DNA of 34,117 nucleotides from Bacteroidota bacterium (GTDB taxonomy: Bacteria > Bacteroidota > Ignavibacteria > UBA10030 > UBA8401), in NCBI GenBank assembly GCA_030824295.1, contig JAVBYA010000057.1:1-34117 (forward strand), in the 5' to 3' direction. This document shows, piece after piece, positions 16,991 through 26,381 of the stretch. The notes below the pieces were generated by a model, which ran no database searches, was not told the DNA's origin, and was given only the letters and a program-made list of their open reading frames with translations. Position 1 is the stretch's first letter. Each line of letters starts with the position of its first letter. A program made the position numbers and the translations under genes.

Positions 16991-19153
16991 CTATTTCAAC
17001 AGCAGCATCTTGCGTGTTTCGGTGAATGCACCGGCCCGTAGACGGTAGAAGTATACACCGCTCGGCAGATGCGCACCATTGAACGGCACGGAGTAGGTTC
17101 CCGCATCGACCGTTCCGTTCACCAATACCGCGACTTCTTGTCCGAGCACATCATAGACCGTGAGAGTCGCCATGCCGGTGCGCGGGATGGTATACATGAT
17201 GGTCGTGACCGGATTGAACGGGTTCGGGAAATTCTGCGACAGTGCGAACGCTTCCGGTACACCCGTCCGGTTCGGAACGTCCATGATGATCGGCTGCGTA
17301 TTCAGTATGGCGCCGGTCTGCAGATCGCACAGGTACAACATACCGCCCATCCATTGATTCTGGTTCTGATCGATCTGATAGTTGTACGCATACGCAACGG
17401 CCCAATAGGACTTACTGGTATCCACTCCCGGATTTCCTCCGAACCACATGTTCTGCTGGTTAGAGAGAGAAAGCTCCACGCGGAACTCCCACTGCGGCGG
17501 GATCTCTGCCATACGGATCTGTTTGCCGCCGGCTGCTTCTACGTTCGCGATGACTGTGGCGCTGGATGCCGCCTGCATATGTCCGGTGATCGGCTTCAAC
17601 ATGCTCATCCATTGGAAGTACTGCTGGTCCATATCTTCCACGCGCAGATCCATCGTGCCGATCTGTATGAGCTTTCCTGCAGTGTTGCCGTTCACTGCAT
17701 AGGCGAATTGCCACGATCGGGCGCGTCCCAGTGTATCCACATCCCAGCCGGAGATGCGCCGCAGGGAACGGTCCGCCGGCAGCCGCGCGGCGGCGAGACT
17801 GTCCGCACGCTGAAGCGCCTGGTCATAACGGAACGGCGTCAGTTTGAAGAATGTCAGTTCCACACCGGTGACCGATGCGTTGTTCACGATGATGGAATCG
17901 CCGAACGCCATCACGTCGATGCCGTTGTCCGGATTCAGCTCACCGTCCTTGTTAACATCCTTTGCTGCGAGCGGCCAATACGTTCCGTTCGGTACATACG
18001 GGACGGTGAAGGTGCCGTTGGCATTGACCATTCCCCAGCCGCCGAACGGCGGAGTACCCTCGACCTTCTCCTGCATGAAGTTCACTTTGGCAAGTCCGAC
18101 CACCGTTCCTTCAACAGTTTCACCGGTCGTACCGGAGAGAACGGTACCGCTCACGGAGGTCGTCGGGAATGCCGCACCGGTAGTGAAATAATATATCTGC
18201 GGTACATTCATCACCGAGCCGCCGCTCGATCGGATGTACATGAACGAGATGAAGTACGGTGTGTTCGGTTTGAGCACGACGGTGCTCCAGATGGTCTTCC
18301 CGTCATCGCTCACGCCGCTCGCCACGAGACTGTCGACGCTGCTGAACCAGGTCTCTCCTGCATCCTCCATCGATTCCATATCGACCGGTTCGCTGAAGGT
18401 GAGACTGAGTGTGGTCTGCAGCGGTACATTCACCGACAGGTTCGCCGGCTGTACGGAGAGGAGTGAGAAGAAGGTCATGGAGAGGTTCGTAATATTCCCA
18501 TTGTTCACCACGATGGAATCCCCCATCACCACCACATCACCGCCGCGGCCGGGATCGAGCTGTCCGTCCCCGTTCACATCCTTCGCTGCGAGCGGCCAGT
18601 ACGTTCCGTTCGAAACATACGGGATGGTGAATGTCCCGTTCGCGTTCACGTTCGCCCAGCCGCCGAACGGCGGCGGACCATCGGTCTCTTCCTTCATGAA
18701 GTTCACTTTGGAAAGCGCGACCACAGAACCGGCAGGCGGAATGTTGACCGTCCCGGCAGAGAGCGTGCCGCTCACGGAGTACGGCGCGAACGCCGTCCCG
18801 GTCGTGAAATAATAGACATGCGGCGTGGTGATGAGCGCGCCGGATTTCGCCTTCACGTACGAGAATGCATAGAAATAACTGGTGTTCGGTTTGAGCACGT
18901 GCGTGCTCCAGGCGGTCTTGGCATCCGCACTGTACCCGTGCGACACTGTGCTGTCGATGTTGGTGAACCAGGAGCCTTCATCGGTCCCGTTCATGGCGAC
19001 CGTATCGAGCGCTTCGGAGAAGGTGATGCTGAGTGTAATGGTCAGCGGTACATTCACGGCATTGTTGGCCGGCTGCGTGGAGACGACCGCGAATTGAGCG
19101 GAGAGCAGCGCGGGGATCAGCAGCAGGAAGAGTGTGCGTAGAAGGATGTTCAT
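16991..19153 (-). CDS. T9SS-secreted protein with a duplicated Ig-like (Big_5-like) module
   Basis: Signal peptide; two copies of S.QPAN..VNVPL..TLS.TFSE..D...LKPNT.Y...YYFTTG...YWPLAAKDVN.DG.L; C-terminal LSQNFPNPFNP...RKMLLLK. Confidence 0.88.
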   Translation of the reverse strand: MNILLRTLFLLLIPALLSAQFAVVSTQPANNAVNVPLTITLSITFSEALDTVAMNGTDEGSWFTNIDSTVSHGYSADAKTAWSTHVLKPNTSYFYAFSYVKAKSGALITTPHVYYFTTGTAFAPYSVSGTLSAGTVNIPPAGSVVALSKVNFMKEETDGPPPFGGWANVNANGTFTIPYVSNGTYWPLAAKDVNGDGQLDPGRGGDVVVMGDSIVVNNGNITNLSMTFFSLLSVQPANLSVNVPLQTTLSLTFSEPVDMESMEDAGETWFSSVDSLVASGVSDDGKTIWSTVVLKPNTPYFISFMYIRSSGGSVMNVPQIYYFTTGAAFPTTSVSGTVLSGTTGETVEGTVVGLAKVNFMQEKVEGTPPFGGWGMVNANGTFTVPYVPNGTYWPLAAKDVNKDGELNPDNGIDVMAFGDSIIVNNASVTGVELTFFKLTPFRYDQALQRADSLAAARLPADRSLRRISGWDVDTLGRARSWQFAYAVNGNTAGKLIQIGTMDLRVEDMDQQYFQWMSMLKPITGHMQAASSATVIANVEAAGGKQIRMAEIPPQWEFRVELSLSNQQNMWFGGNPGVDTSKSYWAVAYAYNYQIDQNQNQWMGGMLYLCDLQTGAILNTQPIIMDVPNRTGVPEAFALSQNFPNPFNPVTTIMYTIPRTGMATLTVYDVLGQEVAVLVNGTVDAGTYSVPFNGAHLPSGVYFYRLRAGAFTETRKMLLLK

Positions 19154-19355
19154 AGAGCCCCCTTGGAAGTGGTGGAATTATTCCAGGGTCTGGTGCGGAT
19201 CTATCACCGGCATGCATTTGATCACTCTTCAGACACGCCGAACGAACGGCACCGACCTGAGAGCTAACACGGCACGGGAGATCGAAGCGGTCTCGGGTGG
19301 GATGTTAGAGAGAGTCCCGCGATCCGGGACTGCTCATCTTGATTGTTCTACTTAG

Positions 19356-19384
19356 AACTTAGAATAATTTCACACTGCAGTCAA
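19356..19384 (-). promoter_or_regulatory. Sigma70-type promoter implying a roughly 195-nt leader for the T9SS Ig-like gene
   Basis: On the minus strand TTGACT-17 bp-TAAGTT. Confidence 0.55.
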
Positions 19385-19506
19385 GCCAACAGCATCACAC
19401 AACGGATACGGCACTCCGCTTTGTGCGGACCGATTTGTCTTTTTTCCGTTTCGATTTTCATTATATTCGAATGAATCCATCAATACCACACCAACCGGAC
19501 ACTCCT

Positions 19507-20043
19507 ATGATCCTCTCCGACAAGGCCATCCTGAACGAAATGAAGCTCGGTACCATCGTCATCACGCCGTTCCAACGGAAATATCTCGGCTCGAACAGTT
19601 ACGATGTGCATCTGGGAAAATATCTGGCGATGTACGAGGATGAGATCCTCGATGCAAAGGTGCACAACAAAGTGCGTCACTTCGAGATCCCGAAGGAAGG
19701 GATCATCCTGGTGCCGAGTAAATTGTATCTGGGTGTGACGGAAGAGTACACCGAAACCCATGCGCATGTACCGTTCCTGGAAGGAAAGAGTTCCATCGGC
19801 CGGCTGGGGATCGACATCCACGCCACCGCGGGAAAAGGGGATATCGGATTCTGCAACACGTGGACGCTCGAGATCTCCGTACGGCAGCCGGTACGGGTCT
19901 ACGCCGGCATGCCGATCGGTCAGCTGATCTATTTTGCGGTGGAGGGAGAAGTGGAAGTTTCGTACAACAGGAAGAAGAACGCGAAGTACAACCGGCGGAC
20001 GATCAAACCGGTGGAATCGATGATGTGGAAGAATTTCAAATAG
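19507..20043 (+). CDS. dcd: dCTP deaminase
   Basis: MILSD..I, SYDVHLG, EGKSSIGRLG, HATAG.GD.GF...WTLE and YAGMPIGQL motifs. Confidence 0.95.
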   Translation: MILSDKAILNEMKLGTIVITPFQRKYLGSNSYDVHLGKYLAMYEDEILDAKVHNKVRHFEIPKEGIILVPSKLYLGVTEEYTETHAHVPFLEGKSSIGRLGIDIHATAGKGDIGFCNTWTLEISVRQPVRVYAGMPIGQLIYFAVEGEVEVSYNRKKNAKYNRRTIKPVESMMWKNFK

Positions 20044-20055
20044 CGTGCTCCATTC

Positions 20056-20099
20056 CCCGCCTCGTAGCCCACGGTTTAAACCGTGGGCTACGAGGCGGG
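20056..20099. repeat. Perfect 44-bp palindrome, GTAG-type REP-like element / bidirectional terminator
   Basis: CCCGCCTCGTAGCCCACGGTTT|AAACCGTGGGCTACGAGGCGGG between the convergent dcd and M13 stops. Confidence 0.8.
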
Positions 20100-20104
20100 T
20101 GCAT

Positions 20105-22120
20105 TCACCAGATCACCACGCGCTGCTCCTGTGTGCGGTAGAGCATTCCGCTCTCGCATTCGAACGCATCAAAGAATTCCTGCATGTTGGAAAGCGGACC
20201 GTTCGTCCGGAACATGGCGGGAGAATGGGGATCGGTCCTCACCTGCAGCCGGAGCGCTTCGTCCCGGTAATTACGCCGCCAGACGCGCGCCCAGGCCAGG
20301 AAGAACCGCTGTCCCGGCGTGAAGTCGTCGATGATATACAGGTTCGGCTGCTTATCCAGTTCCTTCTGCAGCGCCGCGTATGCGATGGCAAGCCCTCCGA
20401 GATCCGCAATGTTCTCCCCGCTCGTCAGTTTCCCGTTCACGTGCAGCGAATCGAGGACCGTGTACCCGTTGAACTGCGCTTCCAGCTGCGCCACACGCGC
20501 ATCGAACTGTTTCCGCGTTGCTTCGCTCCACCAGGAGCGGAGGTTCCCTTCCGCATCGTACTTGCTCCCCTGATCGTCGAATCCGTGCGTCAACTCGTGG
20601 CCGATCACCGCGCCGATGCCGCCGTAGTTCAGCGCATCATCCGCCGCCGGGTCATAGAACGGCGGCTGGAGGATGGCAGCCGGGAAGACGATCTCGTTCA
20701 GATTGGCATTGTAGTACGCATTGACGGTCTGCGGCGTCATCCCCCACTTCTCACGGTCCACCGGTTTGCCGATGGTGGCGACATCCTTCGCGAACGCGAG
20801 CGCGTTCCCGCGGCGGATGTTCTGCAGATAGGAACTGCGGTCGATGACGAGCGCACCGTAATCCTCCCACTTGTCCGTGTAGCCGATCTTCACGGAGAAC
20901 GATGCAAGCTTCTCCTGCGCCGCTGCACGCGTTACTGCGTCCATCCACGGCAGCGAATCGATCCGCTCGCTGAATGCAGCGATGATATTGTCCACCATGA
21001 TGCGCGCTTTCTGTTTCGCTTTCGGCGAGAAGGTGGTCAGGACGAACTGTTCGCCGAGCGCCTCTCCCATCGCGCCGTTCACAGAGGCAAGCACCCTCTT
21101 CCATCGCGGCTGCATCTCCTTCGCACCGGTCAGGATGGTGCCGGTGAACCGAAAATGCTCCGCAACGAACGGAGCGCTGAGCGCAGGTGCGGCGGCGGAG
21201 AGCACCTTCCAACGGAAGTAGGCCCTCCAATCCGCAGCATCGACGGAATCGATCATCAGCGCCGCTTCGGTCAGGAACGGCGGCTGACCGGCATTCACCA
21301 CGGTCACCTGCGGTGCATTGACGAGGCGGAAGTATTCCTCCCAATCCATCCCCGGTGTTCTGGATGTCAATTCAGCGACCGACATTTTGTTATAGTTCTT
21401 GTCCGGATCACGGCGCTGCACACGGGTGAACGATGCGTTTGCCAGGCGCGTCTCGAACTCCATCACTGCTTCACTCTGTTCCTCCGCTGCCGCCGTATCA
21501 TCCCCCGCCAGGATGAACATCGTTGTCATATACGCACGGTATTCATTGCGGATCGACTGTGACCGTTCATCCGCAGCAAGGTAATAGTCACGGTCCGGCA
21601 GTCCGAGTCCCCCCTGTGCCAGCTGTGCAATGACGCTCTTGCTCTCCTTCTCATCCTGATCCGCAGAGAAGCGGAAGAGTGTCCGTATCCCCATGGTATG
21701 CTGCAATGCGATCTCTTTCCGGATCCCGGCCGGGTTTTCGATGCGGGAGATGCGGAGCATATCCTCCTTGAGCGGCGTAACACCGATCTTCTCGATCCGG
21801 TCGACATCCATCCCGGAAGCGTAGAGGTCTCCCAGCTTCCGCCGGTTGCTCCCCTTTACCGCACGGGTATCGGCGGCGGATTCCTCCAGGATCTGTTTCA
21901 GTACGGCGGCGTTCTTCTCGTTCAGCTCATTGAAACTTCCCCACATGCTGAACTCCGGCGGGATGGGATTGTTCAGCAGCCAGCTGCCGTTAGCGAAATG
22001 ATAGAAGTCGTCGCAGGGCGCCACGGTCCGATCGAGGGTGGAGGTGTCGAGCGGCGGTTTCCGTTTGGTTTGTGCAGTAAGGAGTGTACAGCAGAGCAGT
22101 ACGGCGAGAAGGTACTTCAT
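20105..22120 (-). CDS. M13 family metallopeptidase (neprilysin/PepO-like), exported
   Basis: PCDDFY.FANG.W, VNAYY, HELTHGFD, GENIADLGG and DPHSP motifs; signal peptide from the ATG at 22120. Confidence 0.95.
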   Translation of the reverse strand: MKYLLAVLLCCTLLTAQTKRKPPLDTSTLDRTVAPCDDFYHFANGSWLLNNPIPPEFSMWGSFNELNEKNAAVLKQILEESAADTRAVKGSNRRKLGDLYASGMDVDRIEKIGVTPLKEDMLRISRIENPAGIRKEIALQHTMGIRTLFRFSADQDEKESKSVIAQLAQGGLGLPDRDYYLAADERSQSIRNEYRAYMTTMFILAGDDTAAAEEQSEAVMEFETRLANASFTRVQRRDPDKNYNKMSVAELTSRTPGMDWEEYFRLVNAPQVTVVNAGQPPFLTEAALMIDSVDAADWRAYFRWKVLSAAAPALSAPFVAEHFRFTGTILTGAKEMQPRWKRVLASVNGAMGEALGEQFVLTTFSPKAKQKARIMVDNIIAAFSERIDSLPWMDAVTRAAAQEKLASFSVKIGYTDKWEDYGALVIDRSSYLQNIRRGNALAFAKDVATIGKPVDREKWGMTPQTVNAYYNANLNEIVFPAAILQPPFYDPAADDALNYGGIGAVIGHELTHGFDDQGSKYDAEGNLRSWWSEATRKQFDARVAQLEAQFNGYTVLDSLHVNGKLTSGENIADLGGLAIAYAALQKELDKQPNLYIIDDFTPGQRFFLAWARVWRRNYRDEALRLQVRTDPHSPAMFRTNGPLSNMQEFFDAFECESGMLYRTQEQRVVIW

Positions 22121-22167
22121 TGGAGCCCCCGGAGCAATTGAGTACATACGGCGGTATCAGCCGCGGT

Positions 22168-22857
22168 TCATTGGATGTCCCACACCACGGTCACATCATC
22201 GGTCAGCGTCAGTTCTTTCACATCGAAACCGCCGGACGGAGCACTCTCCGCCGCCATCGTCTTCATCATCGCTGCGCGCGGCATGAACGGTTGGGACTGG
22301 GACCGGTACGCGATCGTGCGGACGGTACCGAGCTTCACGTTCGCTGATGCAGCGATCACCTCCGCGCGGGAGCGGGCATCCGCCACGGCGCGTTTGAGCA
22401 GTTCATCCTTCACGACAGACTCACGTTCCGGCGAGAGTGTGAACTGAAAGCTGAAGCGGACATCATTCTTGCTCCCCATGAACGAGTTGATGATGGCGGC
22501 GATCCGCTCTTTCGTGTTTGGGAATTCCACGGAGATGTTCTGCCGCGCGATGTATCCCTTCTCCACGTTCGAACTGTTCTCCCAGACGATGTTCTGCGCC
22601 ACGCTGAAATCTGTCGTGACGATATGCTCCTTCTTGAAGCCGATCATCTGCAGCTGCGCCGTGAGCTGATCGGTCTTGGCGGTGAGTCCCTTTACTGCAT
22701 CAGCGAACGTCTCGCGAACGACGCTTGCTTCAATCGTCAGAATGCCAAGGTCCGGCATCGTCTTATAGGTGCCGGTACCGGTGACATCGATGGTGCGGAG
22801 CGGCGTTTGAGCGGAAAGAGAAGCGATGAACAGAACAAGGAGTGTGAACACCCGCAT
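22168..22857 (-). CDS. SIMPL (DUF541) domain protein
   Basis: Signal peptide; TIDVTGTG....PD and AVADARSRAE.IA....KLG motifs. Confidence 0.9.
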   Translation of the reverse strand: MRVFTLLVLFIASLSAQTPLRTIDVTGTGTYKTMPDLGILTIEASVVRETFADAVKGLTAKTDQLTAQLQMIGFKKEHIVTTDFSVAQNIVWENSSNVEKGYIARQNISVEFPNTKERIAAIINSFMGSKNDVRFSFQFTLSPERESVVKDELLKRAVADARSRAEVIAASANVKLGTVRTIAYRSQSQPFMPRAAMMKTMAAESAPSGGFDVKELTLTDDVTVVWDIQ

Positions 22858-22905
22858 ACATGCACCTCTTGAATTTGATAAGAAACAATGGAGGATGGAT
22901 CCGGC

Positions 22906-23535
22906 TTACTGCCAGGTCACATTCCGTTTTATGATGACGGCCGGATTACCGGCGAGCAGAACATTCTCTTCTTCGCACGAACGGATGACAACAGCATTGG
23001 AAGCGACTACAACATTGTTCGCCAGCCTCACTCCTTTCAGGATGGTGACATTGCTTCCGATCCAGACATGGTCTCCGATCTCGATCGGATGAGGACGTTC
23101 CGTTTTCCCATCCCAGTGGAGGTGATGGAAATCCTCGTCGATGATGAGACATCCCCACGAAATGGCAACGCCGGTACCGATCTTCAGTCCATGCATGATC
23201 ACGAAGCGCGTATCGGCGGTGATATATCCGGAGCCGAGTTCACACCGGGCATTGGGTCCGATATCGATGGTGCAACCCCGGCCGATCGTGAACGGGGCGC
23301 GCACGACTAGTGATCCGCGAATATTCAGGAATGTCCGGTGCCGGGGGTGGACAAAACCGACGTAGTCCGTCCCGATGTACAATGTCCCGTCCGTCACGAT
23401 ATTCGAAACACCCCGGACCATGGCATGAGTGTGAGCGATGATCCGTTTTCCGCGGAGCCGAAAATAGAGGTACTTCAGCGCTGTAACGGCGCGGTTCGTA
23501 TCGAGTGCGGCAAGAGAGGAGAGTTTGCCCATCAT
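22906..23535 (-). CDS. Hexapeptide-repeat acyltransferase (left-handed beta-helix)
   Basis: IIDEDFH, PIEIGDHVWIG..VTILKGV and LLAGNPA motifs. Confidence 0.88.
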   Translation of the reverse strand: MMGKLSSLAALDTNRAVTALKYLYFRLRGKRIIAHTHAMVRGVSNIVTDGTLYIGTDYVGFVHPRHRTFLNIRGSLVVRAPFTIGRGCTIDIGPNARCELGSGYITADTRFVIMHGLKIGTGVAISWGCLIIDEDFHHLHWDGKTERPHPIEIGDHVWIGSNVTILKGVRLANNVVVASNAVVIRSCEEENVLLAGNPAVIIKRNVTWQ

Positions 23536-23612
23536 GAAAGAAGTGTTAGTGGAATCTCAGCGGTCCACTCATTGTGGAACACACGATATCACTGGAAGCC
23601 GGCGGCCGGGGA

Positions 23613-23846
23613 TCAGACCTTCGGTGCCATCGGCGGCAGCGCATACGCTTCGCAGACCGACTCGAATCCGGCTGCTTTGTGTGAAGCGTCGCAGAACGGT
23701 TTCGTCTTGCTCTGCCCGCACCGGCAGAGGGAGATCTTCGTCCGCCCGTTCAGATCGTAGCGGTTCCCGTTCGCGTCGGTCAGTTCGATCCCTTCCCCTT
23801 CCACCCGCAGACTGCCGTTGTTGTTCACTGTGATCTTCACTGACAT
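23613..23846 (-). CDS. CDGSH iron-sulfur domain protein
   Basis: RBS AGGAGG; LCRCGQSKTKPFCDASH. Confidence 0.92.
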   Translation of the reverse strand: MSVKITVNNNGSLRVEGEGIELTDANGNRYDLNGRTKISLCRCGQSKTKPFCDASHKAAGFESVCEAYALPPMAPKV

Positions 23847-23892
23847 TCGGACCTCCTGATAATTGTCCGAAAAGATACGGAAATCTCCGCTC

Positions 23893-23930
23893 GAAAACAG
23901 CGGTGCCATGACCAAAAGGTCATGGCACCG
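23893..23930 (-). terminator. Intrinsic terminator of the ABC operon (same family as 1541-1579)
   Basis: CGGTGCCATGACC-N4-GGTCATGGCACCG, a 13-bp stem followed on the minus strand by CTGTTTTC. Confidence 0.75.
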
Positions 23931-23957
23931 GAAGTTTTTGCCGCTCAAACCCCTGCG

Positions 23958-25130
23958 TTATGAGGAACGGAGTGCGTTGATGATGTTCATCCGCGATGCA
24001 CGTACCGCGGGGAGGAATCCGCCGGCGATACCCATGATCAGGAAGAAGACGACCGTCCAGAGGATGACGCTGCCGGAGAGCGAGAACCCGAACGCCAGCT
24101 CGGAGAAGGAACCGAAGTTGGTCGTGGAGAACGAGACGAACTCCATGAACGATGCCAGGAAGAGTCCGATGATGCCGCCGATACTGGAGAGCGCTACCGC
24201 TTCGATAAGGAACGCGGTGAGGATGCTCGTCCTGCGGAAGCCGAGAGCACGCAGCGTGCCGATCTCCACCGTGCGGTTTGCGACGGATGCATACATGGTG
24301 ATCATCGCACCGATCATCGCGCCAAAACTGAAGATGACGGTGATGAACAGGCCGAGTCCGTTGATGAAGCCGGCCATGAACTTGGACTGTTCCAGATAGA
24401 ACTCCTGTTCCCGCTTCACTTCCAGGTCCTGCAGACGCTGTTCGGTCTCCAGTTTCGTTTTGATGGTCTCGAAATCATTCACATCCTTCAGTTTGAAGGT
24501 GTAGGTGGAATAGGTCGTGCCGCGGTTGAACTCCGTCATGACGATGTCCGCATCGGTCCAGACCTCGGACGCAAAGCCGGTCTTGCCGCCGTTGATCACG
24601 CCGACGATGGTCCAGAGTTTCGAACCGATCTGCACCGACTGTCCGACCTCCATGTTCACGAACTGGTCGTGGATCTTGTTCCCCACCACGATCTCGTACA
24701 TGCCGGGCTGGAACCAGCGTCCTTCCTGCAGACTCACCTGCGGACGGAGCGCGAACGCACCGGAGGAGATGCCGCGGACCGCAACATTCCCCATGTCGTT
24801 GGAGCCTTTCTTGTTGATGTTGATGAGCGTGACCACGTCCGACGTGGCGAACGGTTTCCCCTCCTGCGTCTGACCGACCTCCGGGAAGGTGGAGATGATG
24901 CCGATCTGGTCGCGGCTGACGGCACTCATCATCTCGCTTTGCGAACTCTTGCGGAGGATGATGACGTTGTCGTTGGAGCCGGTCGCCACGAGCGTGTCCT
25001 CAACGCCCTGCGAAAGCATCAGCACGGAAGCGAAGACGAACACGACAAGGGCGATGCCGGAGACGGTGAGCGCCGTGGTAAGGCGGCGTGCCCAGAGATT
25101 TCGAATGTTATAAGAGATGGGTATGCTCAT
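23958..25130 (-). CDS. ABC transporter permease (MacB/FtsX family)
   Basis: RNLWARR..T.LT..GI; large periplasmic domain; R..EIGTLRALGF; PAVRASR. Confidence 0.92.
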   Translation of the reverse strand: MSIPISYNIRNLWARRLTTALTVSGIALVVFVFASVLMLSQGVEDTLVATGSNDNVIILRKSSQSEMMSAVSRDQIGIISTFPEVGQTQEGKPFATSDVVTLININKKGSNDMGNVAVRGISSGAFALRPQVSLQEGRWFQPGMYEIVVGNKIHDQFVNMEVGQSVQIGSKLWTIVGVINGGKTGFASEVWTDADIVMTEFNRGTTYSTYTFKLKDVNDFETIKTKLETEQRLQDLEVKREQEFYLEQSKFMAGFINGLGLFITVIFSFGAMIGAMITMYASVANRTVEIGTLRALGFRRTSILTAFLIEAVALSSIGGIIGLFLASFMEFVSFSTTNFGSFSELAFGFSLSGSVILWTVVFFLIMGIAGGFLPAVRASRMNIINALRSS

Positions 25131-25198
25131 AGTTCTGTCTGATTATGCCCTCCGCTGCACACTGCGTCGGACGGCTGTTGAATTCCGATCGTTTCGAA

Positions 25199-26362
25199 TT
25201 ATCCTATCTGCCGCAGCCCGTCCACGATCCGCATCGTCGCGGAACGGTATGACGGGAAGATGGAAGCAATGACCCCTACCAGCACCGAGAACCCGATCGC
25301 CATCGCAATGGTCGTCGGCTGAACAGCGAACACCGGGAACATGGTCGGGAACGCATCGCCGAACGCCTGACTGACCGGGAAGGTGAGTATGAGTCCGACC
25401 GTGCCGCCGAGCATGCTGATGAAGAGCGATTCACCGGCAATGAGTCCCACCACATGGAAGTTGGTGAAGCCGAGCGTCTTCAGCACCGCATACTCACGGA
25501 TGCGTTCACGCGCCGCCATGATGATGGTGTTCGCCAGCACCATCAGAATGATGCCGATGATCACGTACGAGACCACTTCCATCGAAGCGATGATGGCACC
25601 GGAGAGCGAGACGAAACTCTGTTGGAACGCTTTCTCCGTTTCGGTCTTCGTTTTGGCCGGGGAGTTCACGTAGAGCGCGTCGATCGCTTCGGAGATCGTT
25701 GCCGCCTGGTTCGGATCGTCCACCTGGATGATGTACCATCCGATCTGGTCCGTGGCGAACGATTCGGTCTGACGGTTCCGTTCGTTCATGTACTCCCAGT
25801 TGAAGAAGAGCTGCGTTTCATCCGCCGTCTTATCCTTGCCGTAGTAGATACCGACCACCGTGAATTCCCAGTTGCCCGGATAGATGTCCCCGGTGACCGG
25901 GATGATGTCGCCGATCTTGAAGCCATGCTGCTCCGCCAGTTTCTTCCCGATCACGCAGCCGTTCCGCTGCTGTTTGAATGCGGTCAGCTGGTCCGCCGGC
26001 AGTGTGAATTCAGGATAGACGTCGAAGATCGTTTCCGGATCCACGGCCAGACGCGGGAAGAAGTTCTCGAAGCTCTGGTCCTTATAGGTGCCCTGGAACC
26101 AGGATGCGTACGATACTTTCTTCACCCCCTCCAGCTGTTCCAATTGACCTTTATACGCATACGGGAGCGGGAAGATGAATGCCACGGCATGCCGCGTGAT
26201 GAGCCGGTCCGCCGATGCCGCTTCCACCCCGTAGGACCAAGCGGTCACTACGGTGCGGAGCAGACCGAACGCCAGCACGGCAATGGCGATGCCGGCGATG
26301 GTCAACAGACTGCGGAGTTTGTGCCGCAGCAGATTCTTATAGATGAGTTTGAGTATTTTCAT
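25199..26362 (-). CDS. ABC transporter permease (MacB/FtsX family)
   Basis: KNLLRHKLRSLLT..GI; RERIREYAVLKTLGF; 4-TM topology. Confidence 0.92.
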   Translation of the reverse strand: MKILKLIYKNLLRHKLRSLLTIAGIAIAVLAFGLLRTVVTAWSYGVEAASADRLITRHAVAFIFPLPYAYKGQLEQLEGVKKVSYASWFQGTYKDQSFENFFPRLAVDPETIFDVYPEFTLPADQLTAFKQQRNGCVIGKKLAEQHGFKIGDIIPVTGDIYPGNWEFTVVGIYYGKDKTADETQLFFNWEYMNERNRQTESFATDQIGWYIIQVDDPNQAATISEAIDALYVNSPAKTKTETEKAFQQSFVSLSGAIIASMEVVSYVIIGIILMVLANTIIMAARERIREYAVLKTLGFTNFHVVGLIAGESLFISMLGGTVGLILTFPVSQAFGDAFPTMFPVFAVQPTTIAMAIGFSVLVGVIASIFPSYRSATMRIVDGLRQIG

Positions 26363-26381
26363 GGATGTCGTTGTCCTGCGG

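Noticed and set aside
19230-19345. Assignment as a glycine, c-di-AMP or TPP riboswitch, or 6S RNA
   Set aside because: Only isolated words (CTCTCAGG, AGCTAAC, CTGAGA) match; the other conserved elements are missing.
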